Counted from the stretch's first letter, positions 1 to 10,880 are shown. The stretch is DNA of 36,887 nt from Tubiluchus corallicola (GCA_030141605.1 JAQGDQ010001514.1:1-36887), one strand, 5' to 3'. Notes: generated by a model not told the origin, from the sequence alone. Numbers and translations are program-made.

Positions 1-1936
1 TCCAGCGAGCATAGCTTTATCATTTTTATCTTTTTATTTGTTTAGAAACTCAATGTCTTTACCAGTGTTCTCTTGGCAAATTACGTAGAGTTTTAAATTC
101 TGGCTTCCCTCCTGTTATTACATCACCAAACTTGTAGATTAAAAGTCTGTGATAACTTAGATGCATAATTTTGGTTCTTTGACCAATTCTCTTTAACATG
201 AAACATGGCACGGTTTTCCCACCCACCAATACGCTTGATATTTCTAGTAGTCTAAGAAATGTTGTATAAAGTAAGCTATCGATGCCTGCATATTCGCTTT
301 CAAGATGGATGCTGCATACACAAAAAGTTCAAACACTGCTTGTTTCTTGATCTCAAAATAAATGAAAAGTCGCCTGAAACAGAAACGTCTTGATATCTGT
401 TCTAGTTGCAGAGATACTCAAAATGCGGCAACCAATGGTAAGATGTCGGGTGGCCCTTGTTTTGTGCTTTTAAGAAAAAATGCCCATTTGACCAGAATTT
501 TAGATCTGAACTGCCCCACTGCTCGTTTCATTGAAAAAAGCTGTCTTGTCTTTAGGCCCATGTAGTTTTTGCTTCCACGACTGTATGATTTGTTAGGCAA
601 ACTTGCAAATTTTCTCATCGTATACCCATGTAAACACAGGATAAAATTTTCATGCCTTTGTTCTGTTTGGTGTGCTATCTGTTAGCAGTTTATAAGTTAA
701 TTAGTGTATAGTGTAATAGTGTAATAGATCCATTTTATTTGATCTAAAGAATAATAATTCCTTGTTAGATTTCGTCAGATACATATTAAAATTATTTTAA
801 AATAATATTCAATTCATAGTTATACGATATCAAAAAATAACAATTATAAGAAGTAATAAAATATATCAAAATGGCAAAACATTATTTTCTTAAAAAGGTA
901 TAAACTGATAATTATTGCCCTGTCTGTATAATTATTTATCTGTAAGATAAGCATGCAAACTTGGCGTAACTAGGGGTTAATTAATTTGTCTTAAGCTCAG
1001 GTCATCAACAACGTTACTTTTTTCATGTTGTTTTACATAGATTTTGTTTTGGTTATAGAAAGTGCTCATTTTTGAATTTAATTAAATTTAATGCCTCGGA
1101 GGGACAAGGGATATTAATAGCATATCACATACAAAGTTGTAAAGAGTTAGTCCAAATTGAAAACAATATTGGTAATGATGAATCTTAATGGTCACACAAA
1201 TAAAAACGCAGGCTTACAATGCGAAGTGTTTACAACAAAATTATGTTTGATAGTTAGAAAATATAAAAAGTATGACAAATATAACAGTCAATTAAAATGA
1301 AGAACTAAATTTATAAGACTTATTTGTAGACAACTGTAAGATTAAATGATATCAACAGATTGCTCAATTTTGAATGAATGTTGATTTAGATTAGAAATTA
1401 ATTCGAGTATCATATAGATTCATATTAGGGAATTAAAGTTAATATTAGTATGTTGGTTTCTCATAGTATTTGACGAATTTCATAGAATAAATACATAACA
1501 TATGATGTTCAGACTGTACAGCTGGAGGAATTGCATTACATACATAAGACACAAGTTCTTTGTTTCCTAGGTATCTGTATACCATCTACTTGAACTTGTG
1601 TGATTATACCAGTGTATTTTCAAGTAAAGTGTCAAGAGTAACCTCTAATTGTCTTTAAACTAATTTTGCATGTTCAGATTTTTTGGTATGACAAAGAATA
1701 ATCTTGTTTTATGCACAATCTAGTGAATCTACTCACTACCATTAATATCCTGAATTTATTTTTCGTTAATGTTGTCTAAGAAAATTATATGCTGTGATAA
1801 ATGTCAGAACACATATTTAAAAAATATAATTGATATTTGAAAAAAAATCATAATTTTTGATGTCACTACCATGTGTTTCATAGGTATAACGCTAGGACAT
1901 TAACTTAAGACGAATAATTCCTACTTAGATAATATA
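1..1936 (-). repeat. Left arm of a large inverted repeat; pairs with 5086-7036 and probably continues beyond the window start
   Basis: 1-351 is the exact reverse complement of 6686-7036, checked base by base. Inward the match is degenerate with indels (13 mismatches in 120 nt at 901-1020). It ends at ...CTACTTAGATAATATA (1936), which pairs with TATATTATCCGAGTA at 5086. Confidence 0.95.
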
Positions 1937-2555
1937 AGGGAAAACATTGTACAGTTTGGACATCTACAAATCCTTTAAAACGTTTCTTCATTCTCTTATC
2001 TCGGTTTGGATCAGGTGCATTTACGAGAGCTCCACTAGTTTGAGCCATCGTGAAGCGCAGTTTAGTTGTCTCTTTATTGGGACTTAGACAAGTATTCAAC
2101 AAATATGCATTTCGCTTTTGATTTAACAATTTTTCAAACACTTTTGGATTTGGTTCAATCAGAAGTCCTGTCCAACCGCGATTTCTTTCAAGAAATAATG
2201 TATTTGAAATTGATCCATCGAAGGCACCACACTCCACGTAAAATCCAGCGTTTTTTTGTTTAAGTAATTTATCCACAAATGTGGACTGTTTAACCTGTGA
2301 TGTATCTGCCACAAAATCTGTTGAAGGATTTTCTGATGGTCCAATTATCCAATGCTCTTTGATGTGCCGCAGCAGTCTTTCATTATCAAATGCTGTGCCA
2401 CCATATTGTATTCGCAAGATATCTTCTGCACTTTCAAAATTGTTACCCGTTTTACATGATGGTTCCCTTTTGCATTTTTCTGTATATAAACCAATTGTAA
2501 GAAAGGAAGCAGAAACTGTTATCAAAATGACATGGCAATAAATAACACGAGTCAT
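1905..2555 (-). pseudogene. FkbM-family (Methyltransf_21), Protein Star-like SAM-dependent methyltransferase; type II membrane; C-terminally truncated
   Basis: The first ATG (2555) is followed by a hydrophobic anchor VIYCHVILITVSASFLTIGLY. Family motifs present: SQVKQSTFVD, GFYVECGAFDGSISNTLFLERNRGWTGLLIEPNP, NTCLS, VQCFPLY. The DxxSLDVEGxE motif expected after CFPLY is missing because the frame enters the repeat arm at 1936 and stops at 1905. Confidence 0.85.
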
Positions 2556-2617
2556 TTTAAAGCACAAACACACAAGCCCTTAATGGATGTACATTAATAA
2601 GACTTTCTGTTCCTCAG

Positions 2618-2800
2618 TTGCTTGTTATGCGGTATTCTGTGGTGGATTTTAATGACACTAAAAGCACTGAGAACGAAAGAATAAGGCAAAACACATTTTA
2701 TAAAAAACGAGAGTTTTCTGTAAAATGCGAGACTAATATTATACAAATTTATAAGGATTTATACGCTGCTTATGTCACCGTGCATCGCTGGGTAATCGGC
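2618..2800 (+). pseudogene. Short C-terminal fragment of a GT31-like galactosyltransferase paralog
   Basis: FSVKCETNIIQIYKDLYAAYVTVHRWV aligns with LSVKRENIQNYEELCERYISVHRWL at 8109-8183, an internal paralog in this window. Confidence 0.55.
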
Positions 2801-2880
2801 CAACGCAAATCGGCCGAAAAAATCCTCTGCTGTTGAAATCACACACGCGCTTGCACACGCGCATACATTATTTGCCTTTT

Positions 2881-3360
2881 ATGCTAAAAGGTGGTTTGCA
2901 TTACGAAAATGGGTACATTGTGAAAAGGCAGCGTAATATTGCAGTTTTTATAGCAATAGCCAGCGCTTTCAAAGAAAGACTTACTAGAAGAAACAATCTC
3001 AGAAAAACCTGGCTGAATGGTTCACACATGAACCGAGATATTGCTTACAGATTTTTTACTGATAAATATGATAATTCAGGCAAAAATATCAGTTACCTGC
3101 ACATGGAGAAACTGAAAAATGAACAACTTCATTATGGTGATTTAACATTCACTGAAGTTCCATCGGGTTTAAACAATGCACGTAGATTACTGTGGATTAT
3201 GGGATGGGCTATTGAAAGATACAACTTTACTTACTTCATGAAGGTTGATGATGACGTATTTGTTTGTATGGAGAGACTCCTGGCAGAGCTTCCATTTCGA
3301 CCAAAAAAACTTCTTTGCTGGGGAAGCGTAAACTGTCGTCCTGGAGTAGATTTCCTCTAA
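2881..3360 (+). pseudogene. N-terminal half of a GT31 (Galactosyl_T, beta-1,3-galactosyltransferase-like) catalytic domain; no TM anchor; truncated
   Basis: VFIAIASAFKERLTRRNNLRKTWL (motif I), YRFFTD, EQLHYGDL, YFMKVDDDVFV (DDD metal-binding motif), LCWGSVNC. It stops at RPGVDFL* before the second half of the domain. First ATG is at 2881. Confidence 0.8.
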
Positions 3361-3975
3361 TCTCTTATAATGCCTACATGAATTTTTTGAAAGTGACCAT
3401 TTTTTAAGTTAAAAACAAGTAAAGTTGCTTAAGTGAAATGAGTTTGCTTTAAGGACATTGCTGCTGGGAAATATAGGGCCTAAATTGTATCCCATTCGAG
3501 TATCATATTGAAGCTGATTATCATATTGAAGCTCTTTGAGTACAATGTGCCAAAACGTAGAACTAACACATGAAAATCTTAAAGCTATGTATAATACAAT
3601 GCAACTAACTGTTTATTTGTAACAGCCCGTCGCTACAGGTTTGTCATTATTCGGATCTGTAAGCAAGCAGAGTAATTGCAGCAGTCACAATTTTTTAGCT
3701 GTGCAGTGATGGTATCTCCTTAAAGGTGAGTTCTTGTTAATTTCTTACAAAAAATCCACATAAAATATGTTAGCACAATATGTTAGTAGATTTGGTAGCC
3801 AATCATAACATAAAAGGTTAGCACCAAATTAGTTTTTTTGATGGCTGCTGTTAGGGTATTCATGCTGTGTAGCGCTAGGCTATTATAGTAAGCCAGTGCA
3901 CAAATACGTACCGTAACGTCATTCTGTTTGTTTGTAAATAGCTCCATAGCTGGGTAAGATCGAGTGCTACACTAA

Positions 3976-5085
3976 AATGCTGAGGAAGTACTGCATGTTG
4001 TAGAAGAAGATGAAAATTTTGAAGACATCAGAATATATATTGAACCACAAGTCCAGAAGAACTCTCTGATGAGGACTCCAGAGGTGAGGATGAAGGCTGA
4101 GGTTGAGGGCTGCCATGGGCAGCTTGTCTAGCAATCAGTTGCTTGTCTCCAGCTGAAGTTGTCCTGAGCCAAGGCAAACGACTTGGTGGTGAACTGGATA
4201 ACAGGATGGCTAGGGAGATAGAAAATCAGCAGCTGGAAACTGAGAGGCTGCGTAAAGCAACTGCCTGGAAAGATAAGCAATTTCTAAATTGTAAGCCGAT
4301 GTTTCTGAAGCCAAACTTTGTCAAATATCGCAATTTTTTAAACTTTTTAAAACTATACTTTAACAATGAGCTATATGAACTTTTGGTTGAAGAAAGTAGA
4401 CGATATTTATTTATCAAGAGCAAATACCTCAAGCATTTATAGTGCAATGAGGCACATCAAAACTGAAGAAATAATGGCCTGTTTACACGTTGCTGAAAAT
4501 AGTGCTCTAATGTGAGTTACAAGTACGCAAAATTGCGTCCAATGATGGAAATTATTAGAAGTAATTGTTTGAAATACTTTGTGCCTGTTCAGGACAAAAC
4601 TGTTGATGAAACCGTGATTGAGTATTATGGTAGACACTTGTGCAAACAATGCATTTGTATGAAGCCAATTAGATTTGGATTCAAATGCTGGTGTCTGAAT
4701 ACTTCAAATAGATAAAATTTTGAAATTTGCCAAAGAAAAGCTCGGAATAGCGATGAACAGTTAGAACAGTTTTGTGTCGAGTGTTTAGCTGTGGTTTTGC
4801 ACATATATGATTTACTTCAGATTATATGATTATCTGCAGATGGATGGACAATTGTGTTGTCACTTTACCATATGCCTGTTGAAGCTGTGATCCAGTTGCA
4901 AAAGTAAAGCCTCTTCTCAGAAGGAAAAGCAAATGATGGAACCTACTTGCCCATATCTGGTACAAGTTTGCAAGGCGAACATGGGTGGCACTGATCGTTT
5001 TGGCGAGAACATGAACAGATGCCAAATTGGAATAAGAGGGGAAAAATGATGGTTTTAGTTTGTAGCTGGCTGATTGATACAATAA
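3976..5085 (+). mobile_element. Decayed piggyBac (PGBD2/3-like) transposase with stops, frameshifts and internal deletions
   Basis: Acidic N-terminus IYIEP...SDEDS, LYFNNELYELLVEESRRY, YAKLRPMMEII...VDETVIEYYGRHLCKQCICMKPIRFGFKCWCLN, CRWMDNCVVT, NMGGTDRFGENMNRCQIGIRGEK*W. It is cut at the right repeat arm (5086). No TTAA-CCC terminus was found. Confidence 0.9.
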
Positions 5086-7036
5086 TATATTATCCGAGTA
5101 AGGATTATTCGTCTTAACTTAATGTCCTAGCGTTACACATATGTAACACTTGACATATCTTACTTTTTCAAATATCATTTATACTTTTTTAAATATGTGT
5201 TCTGACATTTACCACAGCATATAATTTTCTTACACAACCCTAACGAAAAATATATTCAGGATATTGAGGGTAGTGAGTAGATTCACTAGATGCATAAAAT
5301 AGGTAGTACACGATGACTCCTGATCAAACCAAAAAATCTGAAAATGCAAAATTATTCTAAAAATAATTTGAAATTACCCTTAACACACTTTGCATGAAAA
5401 TAAGCTGGTTAAATCATACCATTTCAAGTAGATGAACTTGTTTCTTGTGTATATAATGCAAATCCTCCAGCTTTACAGTCTGAGCATCATATGTTATGTT
5501 ATATGTTATCATGTTATCAGAAGCCAATATACTAATATTAACTTTATTTCCCTATGTGATATTTTTAATACTAACAATGTAATTGATAGTATAAATGCAG
5601 TATCGTATAAATCTATATGATACTTGAATTAATTTTTATCTAAAGCAACATTCATTAAAAATTTAGCAATCTGTTCATATTATTTAATCTTACAGTTCTC
5701 TACAGATAAGTCATATAAATTTAGTTCTTTATTTTAATTGGCTATTATATTTGCCATACTTTTTATATTTTTTAACTATCGAACTTAATTCTGTTGTAAG
5801 CACTTCGCGTTGTAAGCCTGTGTTTTTATGTGTGTGGCCATTTAGACTCTCGTTACTGATATTCTTTTTAATTTGGACTAACTCTTTACAACTTTGTATC
5901 TGATGTGCTATTAATATGCTTTATCCTCTAAGGCAATAAATTCAATTATTTTCAGAAATGTGCACTTATTTTAATCAAATCAAAATCTTTGTGAAGCTAC
6001 CTGAAAAAAGCAACGATGTTGAAGACCTGAGCTTAAGCCAAATTAATCAAACCCTAGTTATGCCAAGTTTGCATGCCTATCTTACAGACAAACAATTAAA
6101 CAGATAGTGCAATAATTATCAGTTTATACCTCATTTTCTTAAAAAAATTAACGTTTTGCCAATTTGGTAAATTTTATTACTTCTTATAATTATTATCTTT
6201 TGATATCATATAACTATGAATTGAATATTATTTTAAAACTATTCTAATATGTATGTGACGAAATCTAACATGCAATTATTATTCTTCAAATAAAATAATA
6301 TGTATCTATAACACTATAACACTATACACTAATTAACTTTACCCTTAAACGTGTGTAGACTATAAACTGCTGACAGATAACACACCAAACAGAAGAAAGG
6401 CATGAAAATTTTATTTGCGTTTAAATGGGTATGCTAGGAGAAAGTTTGTATAACAGATCATAAAATCGCGGAAAACAAAAACTACATGGGTCTAAAGACA
6501 AGACAGCTTTTTCAACGAAAGAAGCAGTGGGACAGTTCAGATCTAAAATTCTGGTCAAATGGGCATTTTTACTTAAAAGCATTAAACAGGGGCCACCCGA
6601 TATTTTGCCATTGGTTGCCGCATTTTGAGTATATCTGCAGTTATGACGACGTTTCTGTTTCAGGCGACTTTTCATTTATTTTATAATCAAGAAACAAGCA
6701 GTGTTTGAACTTTTTGTGTATGCAGCATCCATCTTGAAAGCGAATATGCAGGCATCGATAGCTTACTTTATACAACATTTCTTAGACTACTAGAAATATC
6801 AAGCGTATTGGTGGGTGGGAAAACCGTGCCATGTTTCATGTTAAAGAGAATTGGTCAAAGAACCAAAATTATGCATCTAAGTTATCACAGACTTTTAATC
6901 TACAAGTTTGGTGATGTAATAACAGGAGGGAAGCCAGAATTTAAAACTCTACGTAATTTGCCAAGAGAACACTGGTAAAGACATTGAGTTTCTAAACAAA
7001 TAAAAAGATAAAAATGATAAAGCTATGCTCGCTGGA
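5086..7036 (+). repeat. Right arm of the large inverted repeat
   Basis: Reverse-complement match to 1-1936. ORFs 362-565(+) and 6421-6675(-), and 418-618(-) and 6486-6686(+), are mirror paralogs. Confidence 0.95.
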
Positions 7037-7563
7037 TATAAGTCATTTGCTGAAAATCTTCTCTAGTTCCATAAACTTGGTCTGCTACCAAAGACAACAC
7101 AGTGGCAGATCTCATTGCACGTATTTCTTGTTGGCCTAGGTCCTCCAAACCTAACCAATTTACAATACACAAAACTGGATGATGTTAGGAAGCATTCTAA
7201 AGCGTGTAGGACAGGTTCACCCGATCCTGTAACAGATCTAAAGTAAATCTGGTGCTTTCAAACATTCTTGGAGTTTGGAGAAGTTCGACTTCATGAGCTT
7301 TCAACGTCCAACATAAACAGACAAGTTCGAGACTGTGCTGCACTAGTAAAAGGTGATCACTTACTGAAACATCTCAGTGATGGAGACATAATTGCCTTAA
7401 GAGAAAGTGCCACTTAGCTTCCCTCTGTTATTATGCATCTGCATTTAAAATGGTGCAAAGAACCCCCAATGACATGCTCAACTGCATAGTTTTTATTGAA
7501 CTTTTATCCAGAATAGCCGAGTTGTAGGACCGAGGACCAACAACTGTTACCCTATTTAGGTTA
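6935..7563 (+). mobile_element. Decayed N-terminal part of a large invertebrate DNA transposase, Academ(X)-like; first ~100 bp mirrored at 1-102 on the minus strand
   Basis: Manual translation: LYVICQENTG...AGYKSFAENLL*FHKLGLLP...LHELSTSNINRQVRDCAALVKGDHLLKHLSDGDIIAL(frameshift)ERKCHL...CIVFIELLSRIAE...TLFRL. The blocks are colinear with the recalled pattern C-x2-CQ / GYxxLAENL / LHExST / DxxAxExKYH / IAFxEL / VFKL. The Academ label is from memory, not a search. Confidence 0.6.
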
Positions 7564-7902
7564 GGAATTAACCCTGGAAGCCTGCAGAGTTGCAGAGAGA
7601 CACAAGACGCATTTTTTTCGATTTTCCGCGATATAAGCACAAATATTTTGCAGGCCATTGATGAGGACATCGGACAACAATAGAGTCTTTTGGATCGCGA
7701 TCGAAAATATAAATAAACTCTTAAGATTCTTAACTGTTTTTTCAAAGACGGTAAAATAGTTAGTAAAATAGTTATCGTTCTCATGTCATCATCATTGTTT
7801 TTCCAGTTACTGTTCTCACTGTTGTTGTCACTGTCGCTAGTGATGCGTTCTTGATGATGTAAACAGCAAGAAACTGACGAGTTCTTTCTTTTATTCAAGC
7901 AG

Positions 7903-8291
7903 GTGGCGCTTTCATGGATGAACATTTTGTAATTCTCAGTGCAGACATTGTGAGGATAATATTGGACTTACATAGAAGATAAGAGCTTCTATGTACAAAT
8001 TATGGTGGATTTGCTCTTGGATGGTGGCTGAGTACTTGGGAAGAAAAAAACAACCAAAAACTGAATTTCTTTGGTGACAATCAGCGCCATTACACTGGCA
8101 AAGTTACTTTGTCTGTCAAACGTGAAAACATACAAAATTACGAAGAGCTGTGTGAACGTTATATAAGTGTACACCGATGGCTTCTAACAGAAAATATGAG
8201 TAAAGTATGGTACAATAAAAACACAACTTTGCGTACGAAGTATTCTGTTCCACCACTAAAGATGGACAAATGCAATTGGCAGAATTCTTGA
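7903..8291 (+). pseudogene. C-terminal half of a GT31-like glycosyltransferase with an in-frame stop
   Basis: GAFMDEHFVILSADIVRIILDLHRR*ELLCTNYGGFALGWWL...LNFFGDNQR...YISVHRW; TAA at 7980-7982. It is preceded by an acceptor-like sequence CTGAC...TTCTTTCTTTTATTCAAGCAG ending at 7902. It picks up at the domain position where 2881-3360 stops. Confidence 0.6.
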
Positions 8292-9139
8292 ATACCATGT
8301 CAAATGAAGAATATGACACATATTTCTTATGAAAGGTAAAATATAGGGCCGTTTTGCATTTCCCAACGTGCGATAATTACTACGCTGGCATGCAGCACGT
8401 GCAGAGCTACTGGTGTGAATTGTGCAGAAAACTACATGACGAAGATACTGAAATAACAACAAACAGCAAAAGAAAGAGTGGAAAAGAAATAAATTTCTAC
8501 GCAAATTTATCTGCATGGTGGAATGAAAACCAATGCTTTGAGGAAACTTATGGTAGTTTGGTTTCTAACTATGACCTATTCTTGCATTAAATTTTAGCTT
8601 GTCATGATGGTATTCATTCATTCATTTTGTTTTATTTTATTTCATCATATTTACTCAGTTTTGAAAGAAGCTCCAAAAACGTTACATATATAAAATAATG
8701 CGAACAATTGCGCAAATTTGCCGTGAACATAATGACATAATCAAATGATCCTATTGGTGCATCGTGTATTTAAAGCCTATGATAAACCAAAGTGTTTGAA
8801 ACCCTGGACGAAAATACAGATTGTTAAGATGAAAACAAAGATGTGGGACGCTGCAAATTTTCAGAGCTTCTGGGGTTCAGCAATCACCCTCTATTCGTCA
8901 ACTAGCCACTGATGACTTGGTCTGCGAGTTGTTATATGAATAAGAACGCAAAAAACAAGAAAACAATGAAAAATATTTTTGATATCGTCCATTCTTTTCT
9001 GAGAAGAAAGCAGACACTGAAAGCTAGGCCCTTTGTTAATTTACTACCCAGTGAATGGTGAATACCTTGGTGCATCACAAGAATAAGGGTACAATATAAT
9101 TTCACCAGATTACTTTGACATCCTAAAACTGAGTAATAG

Positions 9140-9260
9140 TGTGCAGCAGAATCTTTACCAATGCGGGTGACATCCCAGACTGGTTGACCCCTGAACCATG
9201 TGTGACGGGTCAAAAACTTCTGCCTTCATTAAAACGATAGTCATTTCCATGAGAAACGCA
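9140..9260 (-). mobile_element. Possible small remnant of a CRE-like non-LTR retrotransposon restriction-like endonuclease
   Basis: LTRHTWFRGQPVWDVT resembles the LTLxPWxxGxxxxWDVT block; the match is short and degenerate. Confidence 0.3.
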
Positions 9261-9954
9261 TTGAACTCAATGAAGACAATATTACCTCCGTGGTGCAACT
9301 TTTCAAGCTATGAAATTACATGTTTCACTGACGCGAAGTGCAATGCATAGGCATGCATGAAAGTAAAATTATCAAATGCAGACGAAAAGCTGATGCCATT
9401 TCAATGCCAAATTTTGGAGTAACAGGTTTATACAATATATTATTACTAGTTAAGGCCCAACAGCAAATGTCGTATAAATGCACCTATATTCAATATTGCG
9501 CTAACATCCTACATAGTGTTCATTTATTTCTCTAACGCAAAACCAACGTATATTACTGAAGTAAAGTTACAGCAGAGTACAATTGAATGACGACAGAGCA
9601 AGCACTATTCTAAGTGGGAATCGCTGGAAATTGAACCTCAAATCAACCCATCGTCGCTCCTTTTGGTGGAGTCATCATCAGAAGTAACTCACATTGTCGT
9701 ATAGCCCTCTTCTTCCTCTTTTCAGACAACAATAAACTTCGATTCACGTGTGCCACCAGGTGCCGCTAAAAAGTTTTTCTAGCATGGTGTTCCGTCAAAA
9801 TTTTCAAATAGTGGGTAGTTGGGTCCGGGAAAACGTACTTTGTGGAAAAACGTAGGGCTGTCGGGAAATCTAAATGCTGTGACATGCTCTCCCCCGCCCA
9901 GCCCGGATATTACTGCAAGGAAATACGGGAATTTCTCATCGATCTACTGACAAA

Positions 9955-10880
9955 ATATGCCACCAGAATATTGAGTTTATCAATGCTTCTACTCTACAGC
10001 CTCTTGAGCACTAATCAGCTGGATCTTGTTTTCCTGGTTCTTATTCCCAGTGACCAGGGCATATATTTAATGAATGCATTTTAATCACTCTGTTTGCAAT
10101 AAAAGTTTGCTATTTATTATGCTAGCTGACTTTGTTCCAATACAGTTTTTGAACCAACCCAGGAATGATCTGATAAAAATTCAAGCTTAATTTGTGTATG
10201 CACATATTTCACTAGATATGCTCACAGCATATCTCTCAAGATCTGGAATAGTTCTACACGTTTTCAAGAAAACAGTTTTTGATTTTTCACACAATATACT
10301 CACTTATGATTGACTTCTCCCTCACACGTAGATTCAGTACAGTGCTACAGTCATACACACACGCATTACCAATATATTCTGGCTGGGCTATGGATTCTGG
10401 CACAGCAGAATTCGGAATCACACAAAATCGTGGCACTTCATTTTTCCATTTACTCCATCTGCTTAGCAGGTTGCGAGGAAATCCTTCATCCCAGTCGTTA
10501 CAGGTTGGCCAACACTCTTGGAAAAATTGTTTTTCTCTCGTTGTAAAAGGGGTTAAATTCAAGTGAGATCATACACACGGTCTGTTTGTTGTTTGGATTA
10601 GTATGCCAAATGCCATACAATAATTCACAATTTATAAACGGGTCTCTTACTACAATTGGTAGGACATGCTTTTCATGCACTCTTGCAAGATTTGTTGTAA
10701 GCTGTAAATAACACATGTTTAACTTATCTTGGTGTGCTAGGTAAAAAGCTGACTTAGCAAAATGATAAAATATGCTGGTATGCGATGTAGATAAAATTTC
10801 ATAATAAAACTGCATTAAATTTACCGGAAAGTTTCATAGTCTTGTTTGAAGTTTAATTTTACGTAAAGCTGGCATACAAG
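9955..10880 (-). mobile_element. BEL/Pao LTR retrotransposon pol remnant (RT end to RNase H / Peptidase_A17 region)
   Basis: LTPFTTREKQFFQECW...DWDEGFPRNLLSRWSKWKNE, TVLNLRV, TIPDLE, QTFIANRV...WE*EPGKQDPAD*CSRG...NSIFWWH. These match the Pao DWDE, TIPRLEL, FVANRV and NPADxxSRG motifs. Confidence 0.85.

Noticed and set aside
362-618. Short ORFs 362-565(+) and 418-618(-) and their mirrors 6421-6686 as small conserved genes
   Set aside because: Their similarity reflects the inverted repeat. The frames shift between copies and no family motif is present.
1905-3360. Bacterial or giant-virus origin of the intronless methyltransferase and glycosyltransferase pair
   Set aside because: The FkbM protein has an animal Star-like type II anchor, GT31 genes are often single-exon in animals, and no viral or bacterial hallmark gene or operon structure is present.
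3501-3533. 15-bp direct repeat TATCATATTGAAGCT x2 with a 3-bp spacer, as a possible TSD or excision footprint
   Set aside because: No associated element ends; indistinguishable from a simple slippage duplication.
6720-6850. AGIDSLL and IKRIGGW resembling the end of a tyrosine recombinase (DIRS or Crypton)
   Set aside because: The two words are in different frames with the wrong spacing, and there is no HxxR motif or catalytic Tyr.
7431-7925. 164-aa minus-strand ORF
   Set aside because: It is antisense to the Academ-like and GT31 pieces, spans their junctions and has no recognisable domain.
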